Source of the DNA: Desulfosudaceae bacterium
GTDB lineage: Bacteria; Desulfobacterota; Desulfobacteria; Desulfobacterales; Desulfosudaceae
NCBI GenBank assembly: GCA_963674745.2
Contig: CAXXDV010000003.1
Span: 352,001-416,000 of the forward strand
Length of the DNA: 64,000 nt
Direction: 5' to 3'
Shown: in pieces, positions 9,531-19,110 of the stretch
How positions within the stretch are numbered: position 1 is the stretch's first letter
Layout: the number at the start of each line of letters is the position of its first letter
Made by a program: the position numbers and the translations under genes
The notes under the pieces: generated by a model
Databases searched by the model: none
What the model was told of the DNA's origin: nothing
Seen by the model: only the letters and a program-made list of their open reading frames with translations

Positions 9531-10841
9531 TTACAGCAACCCGTAATGTTTTGCCTCTCCGGTCAGTTGGTCTCTGAAATCCGGATGGGCGATGGCAATC
9601 ATGGCCTTGACCCGCTGGGAGGTGGTCTTCTGCCATAAGTCGGCAATACCGTGCTCCGTGACCACGTACATGACATCGGCTCTGACAGTAGTGACGGCCG
9701 TTCCGGGAAGAAAGCTGGAGGTGATTCGGGAATGCAGGTTGCCGTCTTTAGTGGAATAGGTCGATTTGAGTGCGATAAACGATTTGCCGCCATGGGACTG
9801 GGTGGCGCCCCGGACAAAATCGGCCTGCCCGCCGGTACCACTGTACATGCTGAAACCGATTGATTCCGAGGCGATCTGTCCGGTCAGGTCGACCGACAGG
9901 GCATTATTAATAGAGATGAAGTTGTCGTTGCGTTCAATGTGCCGCCGGTTGTTGACATAGTAAATCGGGCAGAAACACATCATGGGATTATGATCGACAT
10001 AGTCGTAGGTCGCCTGTGACCCGATGCAGATCCCGCCAATCACCATTTTGCCGTGATGAAAGTTTTTGGCCCTGTTGGTAATCACCCCGCGCTGGGCCAG
10101 ATCAACCATCGAGTCGGTCAGCATTTCGGTGTGTACGCCCAGATCTTTCTTATTATCCAGAAAGTGGCCGACCGCGTTGGCTACGCCGCCAAGACCGATC
10201 TGGATGGTGGCACGGTCCGGGACCCGTTCGGCAATCAGCGCGCCGATGGTTTTTTCATCCTCTCCAATGGGAATTTCCGGGATATTCGGCAGGACATGGC
10301 TGTCTTCCACGATGTAATCCACATCGTTGACATGAATCATGTTTTCAAATCCATGCACGTAGGGGGTATGCTCATTGACCTGGACGACGATTTTTTTGGA
10401 TACATCACGCATCAGGCTGTTGTGATACACGCCCGTTGGCCCGAAACTCATGAACCCTTTATCGTCAGGAGGAGATACCTCCATCAGGAATACGTCCACA
10501 TCGATTACACCCAGGCAGGCTTTGTCGGCATTTGAAAAATGAAAGGAAAAGTTTTCGACGTTGCCTTCGGCGGCAAACATGCGCTCTACCGGACCATAAA
10601 AAATGGTCACGTAGTTGATGTGCCCGCGGTATTCTTTTTTTAGGAACTCAAACGGGTACATCAACAACCCTGACCAGAGCGTAACGTTTTCCAGCTCCTG
10701 GTACCGGGCGCAAAGCGTGTTAATTAACGCCGGCGGAGCGCTGTTGGCGCCGGACATCATCACGTCATCGCCTGATTTGACAATAGACACAGCTTCTTCG
10801 GCGGTTACCAGTTTTTCTTTATACGCTTGTCTCCAATCCAT
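9531..10841 (-). CDS. Acetyl-CoA hydrolase/4-hydroxybutyrate CoA-transferase family
   Basis: MDWRQAYKEKLVTAEEAV start with RBS GAGGTGAG; motifs IQIGLGG, LGVHTEM, SGTGGQADF, VVTEHGIA, IAHPDFR. Confidence 0.92.
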   Translation of the reverse strand: MDWRQAYKEKLVTAEEAVSIVKSGDDVMMSGANSAPPALINTLCARYQELENVTLWSGLLMYPFEFLKKEYRGHINYVTIFYGPVERMFAAEGNVENFSFHFSNADKACLGVIDVDVFLMEVSPPDDKGFMSFGPTGVYHNSLMRDVSKKIVVQVNEHTPYVHGFENMIHVNDVDYIVEDSHVLPNIPEIPIGEDEKTIGALIAERVPDRATIQIGLGGVANAVGHFLDNKKDLGVHTEMLTDSMVDLAQRGVITNRAKNFHHGKMVIGGICIGSQATYDYVDHNPMMCFCPIYYVNNRRHIERNDNFISINNALSVDLTGQIASESIGFSMYSGTGGQADFVRGATQSHGGKSFIALKSTYSTKDGNLHSRITSSFLPGTAVTTVRADVMYVVTEHGIADLWQKTTSQRVKAMIAIAHPDFRDQLTGEAKHYGLL

Positions 10842-10955
10842 AATGCTCACCTCATGCTTTAAAATTTCTGTTAACCCGGATACCTCGCGGGTTGGTTTGA
10901 ACCCGAATTCCCGGCCCCTTCTGCAAGGCACAGAACATGCTGATAAGCATTCATG

Positions 10956-10970
10956 GCAAAAGACGTGCCA
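10956..10970 (-). promoter_or_regulatory. Sigma-54 (-24/-12) promoter of the CoA-transferase/crotonase operon
   Basis: Minus strand TGGCACGTCTTTTGC is a canonical TGGCACG-N4-TTGC (GG-N10-GC). Confidence 0.75.
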
Positions 10971-11133
10971 GCCTTTCGTAAAAATATAATATCAATAATT
11001 ACGGTTGGTTATGGGGATTGCGCTCCGGGGCAAAAAAATGGAAAGGCCGGTGGGCTGTAAGCATCCTTGACGGGTTGTCAAAAAATATACCACAGACTGT
11101 TGCTTGCCGGGTCCGGCCGGCTGCGTTTTTTTC

Positions 11134-11180
11134 TTGACAGAAGATGGCTGCCGGGTAAATAATTAACTAACTGGTTAGTT
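11134..11180 (+). promoter_or_regulatory. Sigma-70 promoter and palindromic TetR-type operator
   Basis: TTGACA 11134-11139, AATAAT 11158-11163, palindrome AACTAAC-TG-GTTAGTT 11165-11180 just before the TetR gene. Confidence 0.65.
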
Positions 11181-11206
11181 GTTAATGTCCACGTATTGGA
11201 GTCACA

Positions 11207-11866
11207 ATGGCAAAGGCTGCAAAAAAGGAAGACAAAACAAAAACGCGTGATCTGGAAAAAACCCGTCGGCTCATACTGGATGCCGCTGCAGACGAATTTT
11301 CAGAATTCGGTTTTCCCGGCGCCCGGGTGGACCGGATCAGTCAGCGGGCCGGCTGCAACAAGGCCATGATCTATTATATTTACAAAGACAAGCAGGAGCT
11401 GCACCTGGCTGTCCTGGAAAACCTGTTCGAAGAAAAAGTACACGAAGTCAAAACCCATCTGGACAAAGACAAAAGCGGCCTGGAAGATCTTTTCCCCATG
11501 CTGCAGGGATATTTAAAGATATTCATTGAAAAATCAGCCTATGCCAGAATCATTCTCTACGATATCGCCACCGGTGCCGGGACCCTGCGCGAACTGAAAA
11601 AGCGCCGGCCGGACCTTTTTGCCGAACTGGATGTCATTGCCGCCATGTTCGAAGACATGGGAGAATCGGGCGTGATCCGTAAAACAGATCCCGACAAAAC
11701 CGTCACCATGATTGTGCTGCTGGTGATCGGCATGGCCAATGTACTGCCGCACATGGACTTGATCGCGCCTAAAAACACGGCCCGATATAAATCACTGTCC
11801 GACCAGAAAAAGTGGCAGGCCTATCTGTCGGAGATCATGGGACGGATTTTGACGCCCGATGATTAA
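11207..11866 (+). CDS. TetR/AcrR family transcriptional regulator
   Basis: ILDAAADEFSEFGFPGARVDRISQRAGCNKAMIYYIY HTH. Confidence 0.93.
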   Translation: MAKAAKKEDKTKTRDLEKTRRLILDAAADEFSEFGFPGARVDRISQRAGCNKAMIYYIYKDKQELHLAVLENLFEEKVHEVKTHLDKDKSGLEDLFPMLQGYLKIFIEKSAYARIILYDIATGAGTLRELKKRRPDLFAELDVIAAMFEDMGESGVIRKTDPDKTVTMIVLLVIGMANVLPHMDLIAPKNTARYKSLSDQKKWQAYLSEIMGRILTPDD

Positions 11867-11950
11867 GGCGTTTTGATTGCATCAAATATGGATAACACGT
11901 TTGTTTTGTTTCAGGCCGTTCGAGAATGATGTGGGCCGTTCGAAAATGTT

Positions 11951-12009
11951 GTAGGGGCGGCCCCCTGTGGCCGCCCGACAAAAGGGCACCCACAGGGGGG
12001 TGCCCCTAC
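11951..12009. repeat. GTAG-type REP doublet (inverted pair)
   Basis: GTAGGGGCGGCC...GGCCGCCC paired with GGGCACCC...GGGTGCCCCTAC; related units at 13351 and 15035. Confidence 0.75.
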
Positions 12010-12085
12010 GTCAGCATGCGTTAAGAACCCGGACCAGATCAACCCGTGAAAGATTCGGCATAAGACAGAAAAATCGTAATGGAGG

Positions 12086-13348
12086 ATGGGAACCATGAAC
12101 AACGACAATATTTTATTCGAACCCCTGACTTTGGGCAAACTGACCCTTTCCGGCCGGGTCTGCAAAACCGCCACGTCAGAAACCCGGGCCTCCGAGGACG
12201 GGTTCGTCACCGATGAACTGCTCGAATTTTACGAGCCCATCGCCAAAGCCGGAACACCCCTGATCATTACCGGTAACCTCTATGTAACCGACGAAGGCAA
12301 ATCCACCTACCGCATGTGCGGAGTTGACGCGCCGGACAAGATCCCGGGATTGAAACGATGGGCGGATCTGGCCCATGAGCATGGTTCCCTGCTGTTCGGC
12401 CAGATCAACCATTGCGGCCGCCAGGTGTTTGCCCGGGCCATGGGGCTGGATTCAGCGGTTTCCGCCTCGAATGTAACCGAAAAGGTCATGGGCACCAAAC
12501 CCCGCCCCCTGACCGGGGATGAAATCAAGGAGACAATCAAACGGTTTGCCGACTCCGCCCAATACTGCATGGAAGCCGGTTTTGACGGAGTCCAGATCCA
12601 TGCCGGCCACGGTTACCTGATCAACCAGTTTCTTTCGCCCTACACCAATCGCCGCAAAGACGATTACGGCGGCAGTTTTGACAAATGTATGCGCTTTTTA
12701 CTGGAGGTCTACCGGGCCATACGCGAACGCGTGGGCGATGATTATCCCCTGATCGTCAAGATCGGCGGTGCCGACGCACTGACCGGCAGGGCCGGCCTGA
12801 AAACATCCGAACTGGTCGAAGTGGCCCGGGTTCTTCAGGAAGAAGGGCTGGACGGGGTCGAGATTACGGTCGGTCACTATGAATCCGGGTTCCCCATGAT
12901 CCGGGGCACATTCGGTGATTTCTTCAAAGGGCTCATGAAAGAGGGCATCGGTTTTCAGATGACCCCATTCAGAAAAGCGGGCGTGACCCTGTTCCGGCAT
13001 CCCATATCATGGATGTTTAATGTGATCTGGCCCCATTACGAAGGTTTCAACACCCACTATTCCCTGGCATTCAAGAAAAAACTGTCCATTCCCGTCATCT
13101 GCGTGGGCGGTTTTCTGACCCGTCAGGCTGCCACCGACGCCATTAACAGCGGGCTCTGCGACGCCGTTTCCGTGGGCCGGGCCATGATCGCCGATCCCTA
13201 TCTGTACAAGCATTTTAAAGAAGGCATCACCGGCCCGGAATGCACCTTCTGCAACGGCTGTATTGCCCGGGCCGGCCGCCTGCCGGTGGATTGTTATGAC
13301 ATGGAGGTTAAAGAAGCCCAGAAAAAAATGCTGGCGATGGCTTCATAA
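12086..13348 (+). CDS. NADH:flavin oxidoreductase (Old Yellow Enzyme family)
   Basis: QINHCGRQ, AGFDGVQIHAGHGYLINQFLSPYTNRRKDDYGG, GRAMIADP; C-terminal CTFCNGC. Confidence 0.93.
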   Translation: MGTMNNDNILFEPLTLGKLTLSGRVCKTATSETRASEDGFVTDELLEFYEPIAKAGTPLIITGNLYVTDEGKSTYRMCGVDAPDKIPGLKRWADLAHEHGSLLFGQINHCGRQVFARAMGLDSAVSASNVTEKVMGTKPRPLTGDEIKETIKRFADSAQYCMEAGFDGVQIHAGHGYLINQFLSPYTNRRKDDYGGSFDKCMRFLLEVYRAIRERVGDDYPLIVKIGGADALTGRAGLKTSELVEVARVLQEEGLDGVEITVGHYESGFPMIRGTFGDFFKGLMKEGIGFQMTPFRKAGVTLFRHPISWMFNVIWPHYEGFNTHYSLAFKKKLSIPVICVGGFLTRQAATDAINSGLCDAVSVGRAMIADPYLYKHFKEGITGPECTFCNGCIARAGRLPVDCYDMEVKEAQKKMLAMAS

Positions 13349-13350
13349 AT

Positions 13351-13430
13351 GTAGGGGCGACCCGCCGGTCGCCCGAATCACTGGTGCCACAATCAACCTC
13401 GTCATCCTCTGGCTTGACCAGGGGATCCAG
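13351..13430. repeat. GTAG-type REP plus CGTC-type palindromic repeat
   Basis: GTAGGGGCGACCCGCCGGTCGCCC (13351-13374) and CGTCATCCTCTGGCTTGACCAGGGGATCCAG (13400-13430). Confidence 0.65.
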
Positions 13431-13465
13431 AAAAAATAAGATTATTCATTTTATGAGATAAAAAA

Positions 13466-14851
13466 ATGACCCAACCCGCAACCGATAACATCGTCGTCGC
13501 CAACACCGACCACGAACAAAGCCCGTATCAACTGCTCGAACAAACCCTAAACGAGGCCAACTTCCTCCAATCCGTGGAAAACGCCTGCCAGGCGTCGGGC
13601 AAAAACAAGGCCGATTTTTTGATTGTCATCAAACCCAACATCTCCATGATGCTGCGGCGGGCGGATATCGGCACCTACACCGACACCTTTATGGTCATCC
13701 ACCTTCTCCGGCTGCTGCTGACCGCCGGCTATACCCGCCTGACCGTGGTGGAAAGCGGCAACCTTTACGGCAACTGGTTTAAAAACCGGTCGGTCGTTCA
13801 GGTGGCGGCCCGGGCCGGGTATTTTGAAGAATCCGTTATCGAAGAATATCAGGGGGAGGCGAGCTGGGACATTCATGTCCGGGGCAGCGGGGTGGATGCC
13901 AAGGTACCGCTGATGGATCTGGAACTGGATACCATCAGCCATGATTTTGGTGATGGCGCGGCACCCATCGGCCGGGTCTGGGCCGAGGCGGATTTCCGCA
14001 TCGGCATTTCAGGCTTAAAATCCCACTTTTATTCCTATTACACGGCCGCCATCAAAAACATTTACGGCTGCCTGCCCGAGCAGGACAAGGTCACGGCCTA
14101 TCACTGCAAAAGAAAGGTCGGGCCCTGGACGGCCCGGCTGATTGCGGATTTTCCGGTTCATTACTCTATCGTGACGGCCTACTCGGCGGCCGACGGCTGG
14201 ATGGGCGTGAAAATGAAGGCCATCTTTGTCAAGCCCCACACCGTTGTTGCCGGTGCCGATATCCAGGCCGTGGACAGCGTGTGTGCCGGTTTGATCAACC
14301 TGCCCCCGGAAAAGAGCATCATGTACCGCTGCCTGGCAGAACTCAATCCCCCCAGACCTTATCAGTTAAAAGGAAACGCCCAAACGCCCGATCCCTGGCG
14401 CAATGTGCCCACAATCCTGCCCCTGTTCTCCTGGCTCATCGAAGCCAACGCCAACCTCATGGATTTCGGCGGCTCCATTGCCACCGGCGGCAATGACGAC
14501 TGCTTTCCCGTCAAACAGTCCAGCCGGGGCTTTTTAAAAACCCCCCTGTATTATGCCTCTTTTCCGGTCTCGTTTTTCTGCGATATCGGCATTGTTAAGC
14601 TGAATTTCAGACGCCGGCAGTTCCAACGCGGCCTGCTACAAACAGGCGCCAAAACCCCCTTTATCATGAAGCACGCTTATATCACCGAGCGGCTGGAACT
14701 GTTTTCCCATGATGACCTGCAAGTACTGGCCGATCTGGCCCATCGCAACCCTCAGGATAAAACTACCTGTTCCGGTCACTATGTTTTCATAGATAAACAG
14801 CAGATCGATTTCCCCGGCCGTTTCTTCGTGGCCATCCTGGCCGCCGTGTAG
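13466..14851 (+). CDS. DUF362-like domain protein (possibly extends to 14983 past an amber codon)
   Basis: IVIKPN, LKSH...TAAIKNIYG and DIQAVD motifs typical of DUF362; a 43-codon in-frame extension follows the TAG. Confidence 0.7.
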   Translation: MTQPATDNIVVANTDHEQSPYQLLEQTLNEANFLQSVENACQASGKNKADFLIVIKPNISMMLRRADIGTYTDTFMVIHLLRLLLTAGYTRLTVVESGNLYGNWFKNRSVVQVAARAGYFEESVIEEYQGEASWDIHVRGSGVDAKVPLMDLELDTISHDFGDGAAPIGRVWAEADFRIGISGLKSHFYSYYTAAIKNIYGCLPEQDKVTAYHCKRKVGPWTARLIADFPVHYSIVTAYSAADGWMGVKMKAIFVKPHTVVAGADIQAVDSVCAGLINLPPEKSIMYRCLAELNPPRPYQLKGNAQTPDPWRNVPTILPLFSWLIEANANLMDFGGSIATGGNDDCFPVKQSSRGFLKTPLYYASFPVSFFCDIGIVKLNFRRRQFQRGLLQTGAKTPFIMKHAYITERLELFSHDDLQVLADLAHRNPQDKTTCSGHYVFIDKQQIDFPGRFFVAILAAV

Positions 14852-15034
14852 ATATTAAATTATGTCCGGAACAACTGCGGCAACAACGGATTCTCGGAGT
14901 TGGCCGATGAATTATCCCTGCTGCCGGAACGCCAACCCCGCCTCTTTAATCCCGACCAGCCTTATCCCTTCTGCTACCGGTAAAAATTCGGCTAACCCGG
15001 ATTTTATTCCGCAAGGCGCAGGTTGCATGGTAAT

Positions 15035-15150
15035 GTAGGGGCACCCTCCCTGTGGGAGCCTATTCAAAATCTAGCGGAAGGCTCTACAACATGCCTTACA
15101 TCCCGTCATTCCGGCCAGTGAAACGGAGCGGAACGTGAGCCGGAATCCAG
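15035..15150. repeat. Degenerate GTAG REP and CGTC-type palindromic repeat
   Basis: GTAGGGGCACCC...CTCTAC (15035-15087) and CGTCATTCCGGC...GCCGGAATCCAG (15104-15150). Confidence 0.6.
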
Positions 15151-15365
15151 GTATAAATTGATATGATTCATTACGATATAAAAAGGCACGGTGTTAAATG
15201 CCTATCGTTGGGGCAAAGCCGCAATGTTGACATCAGTAGCAAAATAAGATAAAAAATTTTCAATATCTTTTCCACTTAATTCGCGGGGATGGGGTTTACC
15301 ACCATGAAAATAAATTTAACGCTTAATCCAGTGGCAATAGGTGTGCTCAGTAATACCCTTTCAGC

Positions 15366-15553
15366 TTTCCATGTTTGCCCCCTTAATATAGTGATTAATG
15401 GAAAAGTAAAAAAATAAATATTGGAAAAACAAACATGGAAAATATGGGGGAATATTTTCCATGTTTGGGGGGTTAATATCATGATTAATGGAAAATTTTC
15501 CACCTATATACTCCAATAACATGGAAAAATTTTCCATTTATTAAACGTTATGC
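15366..15553 (+). promoter_or_regulatory. Putative attI-like cassette attachment region with TGGAAAA repeat array
   Basis: Ends in the core GTTATGC (15547-15553), complementary to the first cassette's GCATAAC; about 9 copies of TGGAAA(A) in both orientations upstream. Confidence 0.5.
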
Positions 15554-15578
15554 TCTAAAAAATATTCCCAATCATACT

Positions 15579-15809
15579 ATGGAACTTATGGGCACAATAT
15601 TCCAAATTATTCTTGGGCTTTTATGCGGGGTTTTTATAATCGCGTTTTTTGCGAGAAAATTTCACTTTGGACTTGAGTGGTTTGAACACGTCGGAAGGAA
15701 TGATGATAAAGCATTTGAAGCGTGGGGTAAAAGTTTAGATAAGTATAGCTGGACATTACTTTTAGGTGCAGTAGCATGTGCCTTGCTTTATAAATGGCTT
15801 TACATGTAA
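15579..15809 (+). CDS. Cassette 1: small two-TM membrane protein
   Basis: 76 aa, two hydrophobic helices, AT-rich, lies between GTTATGC and an attC. Confidence 0.7.
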   Translation: MELMGTIFQIILGLLCGVFIIAFFARKFHFGLEWFEHVGRNDDKAFEAWGKSLDKYSWTLLLGAVACALLYKWLYM

Positions 15810-15824
15810 CTAACAGAAATAAAA

Positions 15825-15947
15825 GCATAACAACACCATGCACTTGACTCGCAAGGGCGGGCGGCTTTTACATTATCGAGGTTCGGTGTTAACGTGGCTT
15901 TAGGAAAGTCACAGTTCCTTGCTCCCAAGTGACGGTGGACGTTATGC
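15825..15947 (+). mobile_element. attC site 1 (123 bp)
   Basis: GCATAAC ... GTTATGC termini with internal imperfect inverted repeats CACTTG/CAAGTG and GCAAGG/CCTTGC. Confidence 0.88.
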
Positions 15948-15961
15948 TTTATGAGGTAATA

Positions 15962-17326
15962 ATGAAAAATATTGTCTTAGCTATAGTTTTAATCATGTTG
16001 GTGTTTATGGCTTCATGTAACGATAAACATAGCAGCAATGATGAGCCTTCTGACATTTACGATTTGAATTGGAAACTTTCAATTATAGGCACTTCTGGAG
16101 AAAGTGTGGACACAATCATTACTGGCAGCACAGTAACCCTTATGCTGGAGATTATCAACGATACCCTTGAAGATATTGAGATTACATATGAGCATTGCAC
16201 CCCATATGATTTCCGTATTTACATGGGAGAAGAGTTGATTTGGGAATCGGATGCGGCAGATTGTTGGTATCTTGATAACGAGTGCATAGAAGCAGGAAGT
16301 AAACTTGTATTCACAGAAGAATTTACTGCTGTTCAATGGAATACTGACGAGCAACAATATTATGATTTACCCCCTGGGAAATATACCTTCCAGGCTAAAT
16401 TTTCAGGCACATCGGTGATTAACGCCGATTTAAACCTGACTATAGATGAGACGCTTGATTTTGATAATAATCCCAGCAGCAGTACAACTGAACCTAATTA
16501 CTCCAGCAATAGCACAGTTGACACCAATAACTCCGGCAGTAGCAAATTAAACACCTATATAGATCTTAGATATGCAGAATTTATGAATGAATCATATTAT
16601 TCAATAGCAGAAAATCTTGCTGGAATTTTAGGTGTTGCGCCAGTATTTTTTAATCAAAATCTTTTGGGTGATATTAGAGGTTCAGCACTTGGAGACAATA
16701 AATGGATTAAAGAAGGATATGAATATACTACCGCGAATGGCGCTTATATTACCGTTTGGGTGGATCATGATGATCAGCCGTATATTATAACATATCTTTT
16801 AAGACGTTTCGGGGCATTGGACGGTTTGTTATACGATCAGGATGAAGCTAATTCAAAAATTCAGACGGTATTAGAACAAATGGGAATACGGTTTGATGGG
16901 ACAGAGGATCTGAAATCAGGAGGACTTTCTTTTGGTGTTTTTCATATTAAATGGTACGAGATTAAATTTCAGCAAACATTTCAAAATGACTCTTTAGCAT
17001 ATCCCTACATTTATGCTGAAGTCGAAGGAAATACCGGAGAAATTAATTTTCTTAAAATTCACAGATGGTATTACAATTTAAGGGAAATAACTGCATTCTT
17101 ACCAGACGATAAATTAATAGAAATAGCAATTGATTATTATGAGTCGAGAGATGCGTATAGGTTTTTACGCGAAAATATAACATGTTATGGATATTATATA
17201 GTCAATGAAGTTTTGTGTAAAAAAGTGGGAAAAGCTAAAACTGGTCAATGGGGTTCTGAGGTATATGTATTTATAGATATTCAGAATGGAGAGATTGTAG
17301 ATACTGAAATAATTGCCTTCGGTTAG
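15962..17326 (+). CDS. Cassette 2: lipoprotein with a BsuPI-like N-terminal domain, Ser/Asn-rich linker and second domain
   Basis: Lipobox VFMASC, RBS GAGG, YDFRIY..ELIWES resembles BsuPI; AT-rich; flanked by attC sites. Confidence 0.7.
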   Translation: MKNIVLAIVLIMLVFMASCNDKHSSNDEPSDIYDLNWKLSIIGTSGESVDTIITGSTVTLMLEIINDTLEDIEITYEHCTPYDFRIYMGEELIWESDAADCWYLDNECIEAGSKLVFTEEFTAVQWNTDEQQYYDLPPGKYTFQAKFSGTSVINADLNLTIDETLDFDNNPSSSTTEPNYSSNSTVDTNNSGSSKLNTYIDLRYAEFMNESYYSIAENLAGILGVAPVFFNQNLLGDIRGSALGDNKWIKEGYEYTTANGAYITVWVDHDDQPYIITYLLRRFGALDGLLYDQDEANSKIQTVLEQMGIRFDGTEDLKSGGLSFGVFHIKWYEIKFQQTFQNDSLAYPYIYAEVEGNTGEINFLKIHRWYYNLREITAFLPDDKLIEIAIDYYESRDAYRFLRENITCYGYYIVNEVLCKKVGKAKTGQWGSEVYVFIDIQNGEIVDTEIIAFG

Positions 17327-17452
17327 TTGAAAAATATTGTTTAATTATAAATTAACCCAAAACCCTTCTTTTTTTGAAGTGTATTTAAACGCTGATATTT
17401 ATAAAGCGAATATATTTACCGAAGGAATTGTGAAGGGGCGATGATTTATATT

Positions 17453-17510
17453 GCATAACAATTCTCTTCACCAGATCGCTTACAGCGCCTGGTGAGCGAA
17501 GACGTTATGA
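17453..17510 (+). mobile_element. attC site 2 (58 bp)
   Basis: GCATAAC ... TCACCAG-ATCGCT-TAC-AGCGC-CTGGTGA ... GTTATGA; GCATAAC complements the GTTATGC that opens this cassette. Confidence 0.85.
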
Positions 17511-17539
17511 AACCATATCAATGAAAGTAAGGTCCAGGT

Positions 17540-17887
17540 ATGAATAAATTACTATTTATTATCGCTGTCATTGTTTTAGGTTTTTTTGCATATCAAGAAT
17601 TTGTTGGGAAAAAATTAGAGCCTTTATATGAAAAACCGTATGTTATCTTGTATGGAAAGCCAACTTGCGGTTGGTGTAAGAAAATGGAAAATGATTTGGA
17701 AGCACGAGATATCCCATATGAATATGCAAACCTGAAAGAACAGGCAGCAAATGATGAACTGCATCCAAGAATGCAAAAGGCTGGATTAAGAATAAGCAGT
17801 TATAAATTACCTGTAATGGACATCAACGGAAAGCTTTATATACGTCCCGAAATAGAAATTGTTGCAAAAGCCTATCAGGACATTTGA
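17540..17887 (+). CDS. Cassette 3: membrane-anchored glutaredoxin-like protein
   Basis: CGWC motif, LPVMDING cis-Pro region, N-terminal TM helix. Confidence 0.85.
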   Translation: MNKLLFIIAVIVLGFFAYQEFVGKKLEPLYEKPYVILYGKPTCGWCKKMENDLEARDIPYEYANLKEQAANDELHPRMQKAGLRISSYKLPVMDINGKLYIRPEIEIVAKAYQDI

Positions 17888-17924
17888 AATTTATATGTTG
17901 TTGTTAAACAATGGTAAAAATATT

Positions 17925-18048
17925 TCTCAACAACGCCACCCACACGCACTGGCAGGGGTGCGCGGCCTTATTTTTGGCATAGTTTGGTGTTAAACACACT
18001 TTAGCGAAATCCGAAAATCCTGCTCGCCGGTGGCTGCCGCCGTTGAGT
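17925..18048 (+). mobile_element. attC site 3 (124 bp)
   Basis: TCTCAAC ... GTTGAGT, internal GCAGG/CCTGC and GCCACC/GGTGGC, central GGTGTTAA...CTTTAG shared with attC1. Confidence 0.75.
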
Positions 18049-18065
18049 CGAGAAGAAAGGAAAAC

Positions 18066-19004
18066 ATGAAACATCTTGTATTGTTTCTTTGCCTGTTGAT
18101 GATGTTTGTGGGTTGCGGAAGGGATCACTTTCAAATTGTAAAACAAGACACCGTTGCGAATGGCGATGCTGTGCTTCTTCGTTGGAATATCCCCAAAGGC
18201 AAGGCCGTGGCCTTCAAGACAGCCATCTCTCCCGTTGATCCCTCAAAGGACAACGTGATGAAAATTAATCTCGAGAACATGTTTGACGGAATATCGGAAG
18301 ACGAATCACCTCCTGAAGAAATAACGAAGGCCCTCAACCGTGAACTCCGGTTGCCGAAAGACTACTCTGAGGTGACCATACTGCGAGGCAGGGACACGGA
18401 TACCATTTCTGTCGCGATGATTTCGGGGGATTTTAATCCGCCTGAACCGGCTGAAGGCATCGCCGATGAAGCCTATCAAAAAATTATTGCTCAGATGGAG
18501 GGTTCCGTCCAGTTGCGTGGGGATATCACGCCCAGTGGATCAATTCGGACATTTTATCTCGAGTCCAGGCAAAAGAATCTACTGTCAATGTTTTTTGAAT
18601 TGCCCCAATCGCCTGTCCGAATTGGAGACTCCTGGGAGCTGGATGTCAATTTTGTTTCGATGGGACATGGCTTTATTTGTGATTCGGCAAAACGGGTCAA
18701 CCGGGTCACGCTGGTGTCTTTAGAGCCAACTGATTTTCAAGATCAAATCGCTACACTTGAATACACCCTTTCTGAAAGTGTCAAAGGGAAGTTTTCTGTT
18801 CCAATGTTGGGAGAGGATAAGCCGACAAACATGTCGTTCAGTTTCATTGGCAAGGGAGAGTTTCTCGTCCGAAAAGGCATTTGGAAGAGTTTTGTAGGAC
18901 GGATGGAAATGAAGGGAACCGGAATGATGACTGCAGACGTACAGCAGGTGTTTGCCATGGAGCCGATGAAAAAAATCCCAAAGGAATATCTGAAATTAAA
19001 GTAG
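18066..19004 (+). CDS. Cassette 4: lipoprotein, beta-rich, unknown function
   Basis: Lipobox MFVGC, RBS AAGGA, starts just after attC3. Confidence 0.7.
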   Translation: MKHLVLFLCLLMMFVGCGRDHFQIVKQDTVANGDAVLLRWNIPKGKAVAFKTAISPVDPSKDNVMKINLENMFDGISEDESPPEEITKALNRELRLPKDYSEVTILRGRDTDTISVAMISGDFNPPEPAEGIADEAYQKIIAQMEGSVQLRGDITPSGSIRTFYLESRQKNLLSMFFELPQSPVRIGDSWELDVNFVSMGHGFICDSAKRVNRVTLVSLEPTDFQDQIATLEYTLSESVKGKFSVPMLGEDKPTNMSFSFIGKGEFLVRKGIWKSFVGRMEMKGTGMMTADVQQVFAMEPMKKIPKEYLKLK

Positions 19005-19020
19005 AGAAATTCAGGAAGGG

Positions 19021-19091
19021 GGAGGGGGGCAGCAAACAACTTTAAAATAAACGGTGGAATCCCAGGCCCCCTCTGGCTGCCGCCGTACTAC
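19021..19091 (+). mobile_element. Degenerate attC remnant
   Basis: GAGGGGG/CCCCCTC stem and 3' end TGGCTGCCGCCGT identical to attC3 (18031-18043), but the core reads GTA instead of GTT. Confidence 0.45.
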
Positions 19092-19110
19092 CGGCTGACA
19101 GAGAAACGTA

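Noticed and set aside
15276..15503. 75-aa minus-strand ORF, and a CRISPR interpretation of the TGGAAAA repeats
   Set aside because: The ORF is a by-product of the repeats. The repeats are short, in mixed orientation, lack regular unique spacers, and no cas genes are present.
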